Positions 38,897 through 51,300 of a stretch of 64,000 bases of DNA are shown in pieces. The notes under the pieces are model-generated. The model did not search any database, had not been told where the DNA came from, and worked only from the letters and a program-made list of their open reading frames with translations. The translations under genes were made by a program, and so were the position numbers. Source of the stretch: Mizuhopecten yessoensis (taxonomy: Eukaryota); the NCBI RefSeq assembly GCF_002113885.1, contig NW_018408891.1, positions 621,633-685,632 on the forward strand, read 5' to 3'. Every line of letters begins with the position of its first letter. Positions within the stretch are counted from its first letter, which is position 1.

Positions 38897-41649
38897 GTTT
38901 TCATTTGCATATGTAAAACAATTTTCTGAAATCAAAATAGTAGAATAACAATCGAACAAACCATCAAACAAAAAGGAACTCAGTCCATTATCTGAAAATT
39001 CCTAGAAGGAAGCATAACTATTCTGTATGCACTATTAATAGTGAGATAAAGTAGGTGGTCTCTCGCGGTTGATTAAATGCATCTTCTTCAAACATTTAGC
39101 CATTTGGTTACGGTTATATCACTACATTCTAACACCAATTGTCATGTTATTGATTTTCATTCATTTTCTTTGACGTTTCTACAGTATTTTCATTTTTTGC
39201 CAAAATTTAACAACATGCGCTCAATATAAAAATATTCAAACTTATCTAATATGGAGAGCGAACGAAATGCTTAAAGTTTGTCTGATACTGTATACATAAA
39301 CCAACACAGTTTTAGTTAAAGTATTATCAAGGTTACGGGAGTCGATACAATCGGTTAACAGAGCTCAGCATTATTTGAAGTCCTTGACTTGATCCGAAGA
39401 TTTGTGCGACGCATCTTAAGCGTTTGTGTGATGCAGATACACCCAAGCGTTTGTGTGATGCAGATACTTGCATGTAGCTAGAATTGAGCGCGAGCCATAC
39501 GTAAGACAGAGGATGCATTCCCGGATCAATACACTATTAATCAAGGGCAAGTCGTAAATAGAAAACAAATAGTCTCGCTGGGAATTGGGAACGACTAAAG
39601 TTCTGAATTGGATAGACTGTTATATTCAGAGATGACGGGTAGACCTACGAATATATAGTGATTAGGACGAAACCACAGATATTCCATAGGTTTCGCTAGC
39701 GTAGGAAAACTGGAAATGCTTCCAGCAAGATGGATCGCTTCTGTAGATTATTATATAATATGTTGTAAACTTGAATTATGAAAATTTCACAACCTGACGG
39801 AATAATCAGACTAGTTGATATTACCTTTTTTATTATATATTTCCCCCTTGAGTAGATATTGCAAAAACAAATGATTGATTGGTCGTGAAATTGGAAGAAT
39901 AATTACAAAGCGCAGCAAAATAAATAAAAATAACTCAAAAGAAGACAATCAATCAAATAGCTCAGCTCAACGGGATGTGCATCAAAAGAGGGAGACGAGG
40001 ATTGAGGAAAATAAAGAGCATGCATACTACAAATTAGTGCTGTAGGCCATTATTAAACATGACATTTGCTACTCAGATTCACGAAGCCGTGGTAATTGGG
40101 AACATGATTATTCGGCAGTGTTGGCTTCGTAATTAACGATGTGAGATGAATCATAGGAACAGCACGAGAATGGACACCTTTAATTCAGTTACACCACAAA
40201 ACCTCGATCTCCTAACCGGAAAATCAACTGAGTGTTTATTTATTAGTCTGGACTTTCACATCAAATTTTTCATTCTTGGGACCTCAATACCTTATATGGT
40301 AAACTCTTTCAATAACTGCGGACGATCGTTATAATTGCGAATAGCAATGGAATAAATATGCACTGTACATTATTTTATAGACGTTTCCAAATTAGATCTA
40401 TAATATGTATTGTGGCTAGTCTTATCTTCTCCGAGCTAAAATTGTCCTACCTTGACCAATCTGTCATACATATGTACCCGTCCGCATGCACTCTTTGTCT
40501 TTTATTCCATCTCTGGTAAAATATATCTGTTGGACTAGTGTTTACATACTGTACGTTCATACACGAATACTTTGAACAATTTCTAAAGCAATTCCAATTG
40601 ATTCGCTTCTGTTTGCAATTAGCTCTATGGTATGAGAAATGTCGGTATGGAATAAAATGCAGTTATGTAGCTTCTGACCTGAATCCATTGTATCATCTTT
40701 ATTACGTGGTACATGTAAGCCTGGTGTATGTCTAGTGTTTTCATCGCACTGCTCTGTTGTGAACAGTGTTTCCGTTTCCGTTCAAAGATAGCTCTACGTT
40801 GAGCTGAGCTCATGTCCCGTTGTTCTATAGATTTACAATGTTCTGCGTCTTGTGTTTCGTCCAACAATCGGATCAGCTTTGTGACATCTGTGTATTGATA
40901 TGATGTAGAAACTCGTTACCTTTACTGATACATAAATGCCAGGAGCATATATGTTACACGCGATGAATACGAAACTAATTATTAGAGGAAACTAAGTATT
41001 CAAACTCCACAGGCAACCTGAAGACAATAATGATGATTGATTATAACAAGGTCATAAAGGGTCACAAAAGGTGATGACAGGGTGAAGCTGTCATGCGGAG
41101 GTTAAAGCGTGAAAGTACTAATTGGATTGTGTCCTAAGTTCAGGGTAGGACATAGACATTCCCTTCTGAGGAGGAGATTTTTAATTTCGAACTCGATGCT
41201 GCTCCAGGTGAGGGTAAGGGCATTCAAGAGCTTTCTCAAAGTATGGAGATTCGGCAATATTTCTTTTAGAAATATCCGTCAGATAGGAAATTTTGTTTTT
41301 CTTCCCTATTTCCCTCAAAACGAAAACAATAAAAAAATCAATAAATTATACATGTGCGCTATGTCAATCGACGATTATTTTTATTGCCCTGTTTATGTTT
41401 ACACAATGAGTGTACTAGTAAAATACATTTAACTGCTGACATATGGGTTCGTTATTCACATTATTTCACTATAATTGGGATATAAAGTACAGTGCGGTAC
41501 TCACATGTGTTATAACTTCCGACTAAGTACGCCCTTATATTTCGTGCCGTTCATCCTCCCGCTCAAAGTAAATACAATGTATCTGTTAAATGGTGAAGCA
41601 AACGTCATCTTCCGCACTTCAAGGGCGTATTTCTCTTTTTGCGAGGTAA

Positions 41650-42040
41650 GATGATGCGCATTTCTCACCTACCCAGAGACACCATATTTGGAGGTTAGCA
41701 CTCGACAAAGGCTCGTGATAAGTTTCAAAGCGCTTACCCCTGTATTGAGATATTTCTGTCCTTATCCGAAAACAGAATAACAGATGCTATTATTCCTTCA
41801 CACATCAAGGTGCATTTCACGTTTTTCTGAGGAAAAATGACTTTGTCTTTGCTTACCTGGGAATGGTACGCTTTTATTCTGAAAACGTCAACATCGCGTC
41901 ATCAATTTATGTTGTGTAACCAGGTAGCGCCCTTATTTTGACACACATTTTACTGCCTTGCAGATTGCTCGGTGTATTGGATGCACCATTACAACCTATT
42001 TTACGGTGCCGTAAAAGGATATAGGAGAAACACAATCACT
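41650..42040. mobile_element. Hairpin-headed non-autonomous element (strongly decayed)
   Basis: Hairpin centre TTAGCACTCGACAAAGGCTCGTGATAA (~41696-41721) and internal GCGCCCTTATTTTG, comparable to the elements at 17505 and 45439. Confidence 0.35.
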
Positions 42041-42170
42041 TACTCTTGTATGAAGTAGGCAGAGTAATATCAATCCTCGAAAGAAGAATTGGGTAAATTT
42101 AACACTCGGCAAAACTTCGTGCTATGTTTCATAAATCGTATCCTTGGGTTCTTCAGTACATGGTGTAATA

Positions 42171-42484
42171 GTTTGTTGTGTTTTACGTCCTATTAACAGC
42201 TATGGTCATTTAAGGATGTGCCAGGTTTTGGTAGTGGAGGAAAGCCGAAGTTCCCGGAAAAAACCCCATCGACCTACTGCCAGTACCTGGCTAATGCCCC
42301 ACATAGGTCTCGAACCCGCGACCCAGTGGTAGAGGGCTAGTGTAGCCCACGTAGGTCTGGAACCCGCGACCCGGTGGTAGAGGGCTAGTGTAGCCAACAT
42401 AGGTCTCGAACCCGCGACCCAGTGGTGGAGGGCTAGTGATAGCAGAATGTCAGACGCCTTAACCACTTGGCCACCGCGGCCTCC
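42171..42484 (-). mobile_element. tRNA-derived SINE with V-domain-like body and a triplicated B-box segment
   Basis: Minus strand: GGAGGCCGCGG-TGGCCAAGTGG (A box)...GGTTCGAGACC (B box), central GGTTTTTTCCGGGAACTTCGGCTTTCCTCCAC, tail GCTGTTAATAGGACGTAAAAC. A 48-bp segment is repeated three times. Confidence 0.85.
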
Positions 42485-45438
42485 ACATAGTATACTAGAA
42501 TAATCACTAGGAATGCAAAGTAAGTATGTGTGTTCATGTCTTGTTTCAATCCTGGAAAATATTTAACAAAAAAAGTAAGGAAAGACCTTTTTGCATTCAG
42601 GCGAAGTTCAATTTGTTTATTGCACCTATACGTCCATTAGGTATACCAAGGACTCGCCAGTAGCACTAAGGGAGACGGAACACTAATCCATGTAAAACGT
42701 GTTCCACATACTGGTAGAAACATTATACAATACATTACACATTTCAAACTGTGCCGAGCTAAAGTCCTCTGAGAGTTTGGTGACAAAGTACTTTTCCTGT
42801 TTTTCCTCTCTAAGAAACATTTGTTATTACAAAAAATGTATTATTATTAGATAACACCGCTCTTATTTGAAATCTTCCATTACAGTGTTTTATTTGTTTG
42901 TTTGAGGCAAAGCGCCTTCGCTAACATTCTTTGCCACATGATAACGCTATTTGGTTTTAGTTAAGCAATTTAAGTGACCATACCGCCTCCACTTCCATGC
43001 CGTTGTTTGGCGTTTTTGGAAGATAAGAAAATAAAAGTTTGTTGAATCCCATCTACTATTTTCAGAACAATGCCTGGTCATACAACATAAAACCAAGGTT
43101 CAATCAGTCATGGGATACACTATAGAACGAGGGGCTAGCCATTAAAGCGATACGCCTTGGAAAGAAGGGCCAGGCGGTCACACATAAAGGATACGGAATA
43201 GCAACGCAGTGGAGATAATAACGGGACACACAATGGAATCACATGTCCGCTGTTTACCGGATATACCACGGAGACAAGATCCATCTCTCACGGGAGTAGG
43301 AAAAGGCGGTCATGGGGATACTACGGAAACACAACAAGAGAAAGAGATGGAAAGTTCAAATCACCAATACAACAAAATTACACTTGATTTCGTTGTTGCA
43401 CCTTTTTGCGTTTGTTAATTTGATACTCTGTAGTTTGCTTCCAATAACACAATGATTAGCTGTGAAACAATCAATCAAGCGATCGAGATTGTTGGAGAGC
43501 CGTTGCAGTGGGCTGTGTGCTGTGTGCTTGGTGCTGGGGTTGATGACTCAGTTTTCAGAATGTGAATTTTATTGATATTTAGCGGTATGTTCTAAATTGT
43601 AATGCCAAAGCGATTCCTGGAGTATGTATGTAAGACCAGACAGTTCATACCGGAAAGAAATAATAAAAATGAATAAAAAAGAAAAGTTTTTCTATGAATA
43701 ATAAAATATAATATAAACACACTAAAAAGCGAGCAGCGTTTGACCGAACAGGTTTTTTTCCGGGAAGCTATTCAAGGTAGACTTAAGTTAATTTTGGATT
43801 ATGAGTAGTTCCTGATGTATTTCACAGAAACTGGCAGAAATCACTATGGCGTGAGTCTAAACTATATTTTCCTCTGATTATCATTGAAAATATTGATAGA
43901 TCAATATATAAATGTATCTTCTGGTTTTATACTCTAGATATATTCATTAATTTCCTCCAGTTAACTGACCTAGCATGGTACATGTAGCAGAGTAGGAATA
44001 AAGAACTCTTAAGTGTTTAATACCTGCAACATATATTATTATGTGATAAGTTTTTGTTTTGATACTGCTGTAAATATATTTGACGGTTTATTCTGTTTAT
44101 TGATGTAGACGTTGACTTATCTTGGTGTTTTCTGCAATATCATTAAGAATGCGTAGTAAATCATCAATGTGACATGAATTATATAATACTTGTGTCTTCC
44201 CCAATGTACACAATTCCTTACATGTATGTTGTTCTGCACCACGAGAAGAACTATTAATCAATACAATTACGTAAGATATCCAAACTAAAGGCGAACTCAA
44301 TTCAGAAAAATATATACACGGATGTTCGTTGAACTGACGATGACTAGTTCAAATCACGATCTGTTACAGACCGGCAGACAATATTGAAATAAAGACGTCG
44401 CTATCATCTCATGTCTGGGTCTAACATGGTCTTATGTAACGGACAATGTGATTACACGACATTCAAATGACTAAAACACATACATATGTGTATGTACAAT
44501 CAGACTCGAGGCATACCCTTCTATCGTAACAAATGTCAAAACAATTACAGTTACTCACTTTGATGTTTATACGAGAAGCATTCCAAGCTAAATTCGATAC
44601 AGAGTCGATTCCTGCTGTTTTAAATATAGACTCAGGAGACTGCGTCTTTAATAGAAATTCGTTTGATAAATGGGTTCTCTACGATCACGAATTAAATGTG
44701 CATGATAACGCCTACGTAAGATATTGATGTATACAGTTTACAACAAAACAAAACCATTTAACAATCAGTAAAACATGTATGCGTTATACAAAGATGTGTG
44801 TTTTGCTATTTAGTTCCATAAATATATACTGACTATTCATTGAATTCGGGCAAAAGCATTTATTTTTAACTTTTGTGCGAATCCCAGAAGCTCAGAGGTA
44901 GGAAGAACTAAAAGTGAAGGCGCTAAAACGCAACAACAGAAATCTAGAAAACATCCTTCATTTCATATACTTTCACTTCCACTTTTTGTAAGCGTCCAGG
45001 ATATCTTTTTAGGAAATTCTCCTCAAATTCTTCTTGTTTTTCTCTATATCGACTAAATGTTGCGTGCAAACATTGCGATACAAATCGTTTGTGTCACTTC
45101 AAGTCATTCTAGAAAGGCTTAGCAGCTGTATGATGCAGTGTAGTTCCTTGTTGGCATGCCATTACCAAGTGTTAAAGGTGCAGTCGACTGTATGTGTGTA
45201 ACGTTCATCAACTAAGATACAAGGTAGACTCAACTGGTGAAGTTTAAGTCCTCCAGGTTTACATTTCCCCTGATTAACATAGTTTTAATGGAGGCACGGT
45301 TCATACTACAACCCCTTGACATTTTTGTTTTATTTGAAATTATCCATTACTCCTTCAAATTTTGAAATTCATAATTGAAGGGATTTTACGCACCTACCCC
45401 TCTGTATCAACAGTGATTAAGATGGTTTTGCTACTACT

Positions 45439-46044
45439 ATTCTATTATGGTCCTTTCCTGAGGGAACTGTTCTCTTATAGTGTTGTCTGGAGAGGTATAA
45501 TGCCCTCGCCTAACGGCTCGGGTACTATACCTCTCCTGACAAACACTATAAGACAACTGTTCCCGAGGGAGAGGGTCATAATTGATTTAGTACATCACAT
45601 GACTGTCATTTGGTAATAGAAAGTAACATATTTAATAGTTAACAACAAATGCCAATAAGATAATTGTTTGAGAAGATCTCTCTTTTTTTGTTGTAGGAAG
45701 TAGGAAGACTTTAAGGACTGCGATGTGAAATGGTGTCGTCTACTTCGTCTTAATGTATTGCTGAGCCTCTGCGAAGCAATCGGCATTCCTGGTCCCGAAA
45801 TTCGAAGCCATTTTGGCAGACGACAACAATGAAGTGAAAGTAGAATATATACAGTGCCCCCTAGGAGAAGGGTCGTAGAGTCACGATATTTTTCACGCAG
45901 TCTCAGCTGTCCAAAAAAAAGGTATAGTGCCCGTCTCCAGGTATAGTTCCCGTTGTCAAGGGCGGATGCTAACTATACCAAACAGAACAAGGGTAGTTAT
46001 CCAATAGCTATCCTAGAAATTATCATGTGATGTAATAAATTCTA
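45439..46044. mobile_element. 600-bp hairpin-headed non-autonomous DNA element with 6-bp flanking direct repeat ATTCTA
   Basis: 139-bp hairpin at 45444-45582. Inverted pair ATTTAGTACATCACATGA (45585-45602) / TCATGTGATGTAATAAAT (46023-46040). ATTCTA at 45439-45444 and 46039-46044. Confidence 0.75.
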
Positions 46045-46088
46045 GCATCACCGATGAGTCCCAGAAGGACGAAACGCCTGTTTGATGT
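46045..46088 (+). ncRNA. Minimal type I hammerhead ribozyme (core CCGAUGA)
   Basis: GCATCA-CCGATGA-GTCC-CAGAA-GGAC-GAAA-C-GCCT-GTT-TGATGT: stem I, perfect 4-bp stem II, GAAA, short stem III, GUU triplet (predicted cleavage after 46082). Confidence 0.82.
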
Positions 46089-46475
46089 AGTGTATTTATT
46101 TCTTTGCATACTGTTAAACCTGTGTGTGTTACGTTCATTAATACCATTTGTAGCAAACAGCCGCACAATATTTATGGTACCATAACCAAGTTTGAACAGT
46201 CGATATAGAGTGCAATAGATGCAGGTGCCTCTTTAATCGGCGGATGAGAAGAGTATGTTATGCTAGACTCTAAGCCACACGACAGAGCTTAGTGTAAACG
46301 TAGTTCTTTGGTAGAACACTGCTCTATCTATTCCTTCCATAAGCAGAAATACAGTCTAAAACGCAATGTCAAATATCAACAAAATCAATGTATACAAAGT
46401 TTATGTATTTACAACAATTATGAAACGATGCGTTCAAACTTAAAATTAATAACTCGTGTTGGTCTGAATAAACAC

Positions 46476-46598
46476 AAAGAAACCTGACACCAACGTGGCC
46501 GGGCAGATGACTCCTATATTTCATGTTCGAACGGGGAATCGAACTCAGCCTGACTTGGTGAAAGGCATGTACGCTGTCCACTGCGCCATGCGACCACC
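46476..46598 (-). mobile_element. tRNA-derived SINE 5' fragment
   Basis: Minus strand GGTGGTCGCA-TGGCGCAGTGG (A box)...GAGTTCGATTCC (B box). No complete tRNA cloverleaf. Confidence 0.65.
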
Positions 46599-48132
46599 AG
46601 AAGGTGTGTCATCCTTCTATATGTTCATCATATAAAGTTTGACCGCCATTCCTCCAACGAGATGCTTAAAGTGCTAAAATTCGTCAAAAAGCAAATACAA
46701 CTGCTCATTGAACCAATAAAATTTCAGCAAATCGGTCCAACTTCTTCTGAACATTTATCAAACAAGTTATTTTTCGAACTTTTTTTCTAGAATGTTTAAC
46801 AAACAACTGCCAAAGTAAGTGTATTACACAGTATCGACTGTCCTGAATCATGTCCTTTCCAATGAGCATGATACTGGCCGTTTATAACATAAAAAATGGT
46901 TGCGATCGGATAAAGATCAAATAACGAATCTCTCAACACAAACGTGATGCTTTTCGAATGAGATAACATCTTAAGAATTCCTTCTAAGATATATAATTTT
47001 CCTGCTTATTACGCTGTATGTACGTTACGGTCCTGGTAACAGCTGGCAACAAAGCCAAACTTAAACTACAATTATACATATGCATATTTGGATTTGAAAT
47101 ACAATATGTATCTGTGATTATTCCCGGCGGTACGTTTCTACATTGTTTGACGAGGAGTAATTTATCAGTCGTCGTATATCCTATAGATTTAAACACAAAA
47201 CCAAACGATGATATTTCACACGAATTTACATTTATATCACAGTGTTTTCCAATAGTCGATAGCACTGAGCCAGTTCATACATAATTCAAGACAATATTGA
47301 ATCAGCTGGACCGAGCTAGGCAAGCTGAGCGAAACAAACATGATGTCAGGTTTGTGTTTAACAAGTTCAATATTCCCCTTAATTAAAAAAACAAAATATG
47401 TTTGTACTTGAATAGAAAATGATCATTCTCAGTAGATGTATACATATACATACATACATATGTTGGCTTAACCAAAAATATAATTATTTAAAAATGGACT
47501 TCAAGTAGACTTTAAAATATCAAAGGACTTTCAAGATACAATTGTACTAATGGATTCCATTGCAGATTTCGCCAGACAAAGGGCAAAGTGAGAGCAAATT
47601 GAATTAAATTGACATTTAGAGTAAGTTATATCACACAATTCGCATAAGCATGTGGTTGTTTCGACAGAAATAATCTTCTTAATTCATTTCCTTGTCTGTA
47701 TTGAATTTCTAAACTGCACAAGAATCGCAGTAAACAACGTTTTATCGCCATCTCTGTTAGTAAGTTAGGAATCCAAGCCACTATCAAAACTTGTTAAATA
47801 GGCCTCACCTTTATTCAATCTTAGTACCATTAAATCAGGGGTACATTCGTTTTAAGATACTCTTTACTGTAGGAAGTGGAATTAATTAAATTTCGATTAT
47901 TTATGTCCACAATAAAAAATAATTTCCTTACCAACATTTCTTCATGGGGAACATATGACACATGGTATCTGTACACTAACACACTCCATGCCAAACTAAA
48001 GGGACGTGATTATTTCGTTAGAAAGACGAACAGCCTTATAAATGTATTGTTATATGGTTATGAATTATTTGGAGCATATATTTTAAAAACTCGACATACA
48101 TCAAGGTTAAACACTTGTTGATAACAGTGATG

Positions 48133-48350
48133 GTCCTAATTGAATTTCTGGGTGACAATATATGTGAATGTAGATTGACGGAGAGATGTTTAGCATACTG
48201 CTGCCAAATTCATTGGGACTTACTGCGCTCTTCTGGTTGCCTTGTTTTTGTTATCATAAGAGGATGGATTGATTGAAGAGGTTATCAGAAAAGGTCAAGC
48301 TGACCATGCAAATTCCTTCAATTCAACTTCATACATATCAGTGATTTGTT
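48133..48350 (+). mobile_element. Decayed Penelope-like element reverse-transcriptase fragment
   Basis: Frames give VLIEFLGDNI, then GTYCALLVALFLLS*EDGLIEEVIRKGQADHANSFNST, then (H)ISDL. These resemble the PLE RT blocks LEFLIDNI, GTNCAPLLADLFLYSYE and FNxTFRYIDD. Stop and frameshifts are present. Confidence 0.7.
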
Positions 48351-51300
48351 AATGAGGTAACTTTAATATAAATCATTACATAAAATGGCATGTAGAAGGA
48401 TTCGTTAAAGTCGTCTGAAGTTCAAAAGAAACCTAATCAGGCTTTGAACAATAGATTTCACCTAATTTCTAAAATTTTCAATTTTAACAATGAAAACATC
48501 ATACTTGAAAGATAACAAAGAATCAATAATGAAACGAATATTGATAATGTGAATTCTTTCAAACACATACAACATGTATATTAAAGTGCATGTGTTTGTT
48601 TTTCCACATCTTGCTGTCGCGCAACTACCACTACTGGCGAAATTTGTATAAGGAACACGTTTGTCAATCAGCCACGTTGCAATGTGTAGCCTGGAAGATT
48701 CGTTAGCTGTACTGGGCAATATGAAGTGACATGAAAGCAAATGAGATACAATTTCTCTTCTCCATATTTTGTCAGCATTTGTAATGTAGCAGCATGCGGG
48801 AGTATGCATCTGTGTGTTTTGTATGGGCATCTTATCAGGGTATTGAAATGAGTAATTGGTATACCAATTTGTTAGGGGGTATCCTTGATTGAAATATTGG
48901 TAATAAATATATTGTATGTTTACCTAACTTACTCAAAAATTAAAAAAAAACAACACCAAAAACAATAAGTAAATGAGTTGATGCCAAATTTGTTTTCGAC
49001 ATGACTTTTTAGATTGTACAATAAAATATTTGTGGAGCGCGTTATCAAGACTATCAAAGTGAACTTAATAACAACATTTATCTGTGTATTTAACCAAATT
49101 AATTAAAACAAGGTAAAAATAACGTGACGAATTTGGGTTTGCTTAAATAATCACTAATTCTCCAACAACTGGTTCCGCTATCTTCATAGGAGTATCAATG
49201 AATAAACAGCATTTTACACTAGCATTGACTGAGTCGTAAACAGTTTGTCAATATATCGGTCACGCTGTCTGAATCTGGAATAGCAAAAATGATCATTAAT
49301 AAATTAGCTTAAAAAATGAAATGAAGAACTCAACTAGAGCGTGAAACTTTCCATGCTTAAGGGAGATTCATGATCAGCACTAACTATCACGCTATGTAAA
49401 CTGTTGTAAATGGTATGTGTTTAAAGAGACAATCAATTCAGAATTCAAGCCAGTACTGCATAAATGTATGAAATAGAAAATGTTGTCATAGTTTCCAAAA
49501 AATAGAAGAATGGTTATCATGCTACGTTGCAATCCCCTGCAAATAAATATATTGTAAAACGTTCGACTCAAATGAAAATATATAGTGTAAACCTCGAGTG
49601 TGGCGACTTTTGTGTGCCTGAGCGTAATCACTCTGTCCAAAAACATATTTGCACGTGACTGTAGTTCATCGAGACAAGACAACAACAACTTGATGCATAA
49701 GTTTTTTCAAATCATTAACGTTGCATTGTTGTATGGTCAAACTTCAAAACGAAGAATGCATATGCACATATCGTTTTTTGTGTATTATCTACTCTACAAC
49801 TTCTATATGTAAATCTTTAACATACATATATTGATAATGTCACTAAGGTATAGATCATTCATGCACTGTGATATTGAGCCTCGGATAGGAGATTAACCCT
49901 ATCACTGAGGATCAAACACACGCCTACAAACGCTATATACTTCTAACAATCACAAATGGTAAATTGAAGATCAAAATATTTTCACCGATTGAAGCTGTCC
50001 GATGTTTTCCTTAAATTTAAGATTTGTTTTAAATGTATGGTAATTGCTAACAATTTTGTTTTGCTAATATAGTTCCCTTCAAAATTCTATCTTTTATTGG
50101 AAGGCAAGGTGGAAGGGGAATAGGATGTCTTTCCGAATAATGTAGTCTTACTTGCCTCGGTCGCTGTTGTTTAGTATTTCCATGTCGACTCCTGATTTTA
50201 GCAATATTTAGTACACCTAAACCTTAGGGCAGTATTGTCAGTTCCGTATTTCCTTCTGGATGTGTTAATTTCCTGTTTAGTTTTTGCTGATTGAGTTTTC
50301 GTTTGCCTGTTTCCCCTGTTTGGCTGAATAAAGGACCTCTGAAGCTTATATGTCGTACATTTCCCTAAGAGCCTGTTAAGCATCATCTGTCTTGCGTCTA
50401 AGCCTAAGGCGGGCAGTTTCTATTCTAAATACGCGTGTCTCATGTTAAACGAACTCCCTAACTGGAGTATGGTAACTGTACAATCGATTGAGTGCAAATG
50501 ACAAACTCTGTCTTCCAGTTTGATTTTTCATTTCATCTTCTGATAACAGATTTATTATTTATATAAAACACAGCCGAAGCAACGATGTCTAAATCCAATG
50601 GGCGTTCACACATATAATCAATATTACAATTATTGCAAACTAACAGTATAAAAACAGGAAAATTTGATAAATGTAAATGTTGCAGTTAATGCGGAAAACA
50701 GCGCCTGTAAGTAATTTCAACCTCTCGCTATAATATTAGGTGGTGAACATTCGTGAACAAAAATCTGAAATATGACTCTTATGTGAGAGAAAATTATGAA
50801 TATCTCTGTATTTTCAAAATAAACAAAATACTAGCACTTGTTTCGCTGACATCATATCAAAGCATCGTATGGTGGAACCTCACATTTTTTCATCCATAAA
50901 GTCTAGGGTGAAATTGAAAAAGCAAAAATAAACGAATAACTGTAGCATAAACATAATTAAATAAAATGAAAATGAATTTAGTAAATACATTTTAAAAAAT
51001 GAAATAAAAATCAAAGTGTCGATTGTTTTTGAAAACAACTGATAAAAAAATGAAACAAGAATTTTAAGAGATTTTACAGCCAATGCAATATTCAATGCGA
51101 AATATTAATAAATAATTAAAACAAATAATTGACGGATTTATCAAAACCATATTTGTTATATAAAGGTGGTCTTCAATAACTTACTCTTTTGTTTGTTTCT
51201 GAGTGAGCAATCAATTGCATTATTCTTTTAATACTGCAGATGATAACTCAGAATTGAAAGTTATGAAATTTGAAAATCTTAATATAATAGATTGAACAAA

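Larger units (their letters stand above)
45120..46145 (+). mobile_element. Hammerhead-containing repeat, locus B (~1.2 monomers of ~352 nt), interrupted by a 600-bp insertion
   Basis: 3' half of a hammerhead CAGCTGTATGATGCAGTGT at 45123-45141 and a complete hammerhead at 46045-46088. The direct repeat TGTGTGT.ACGTTCAT.AA occurs at ~45193 and ~46123. Confidence 0.78.

Noticed and set aside
40840-40880. Possible additional hammerhead on the minus strand (CTGAT..CC..GGACGAAAC), and GGACGAAAC at ~39665
   Set aside because: No complete CNGANGA core, no stem I complementarity, and no flanking similarity to the family.
42400-42484. tRNA genes at 42400-42484 and 46520-46598
   Set aside because: A and B boxes are present, but there is no acceptor stem or cloverleaf and they continue into SINE body sequence.
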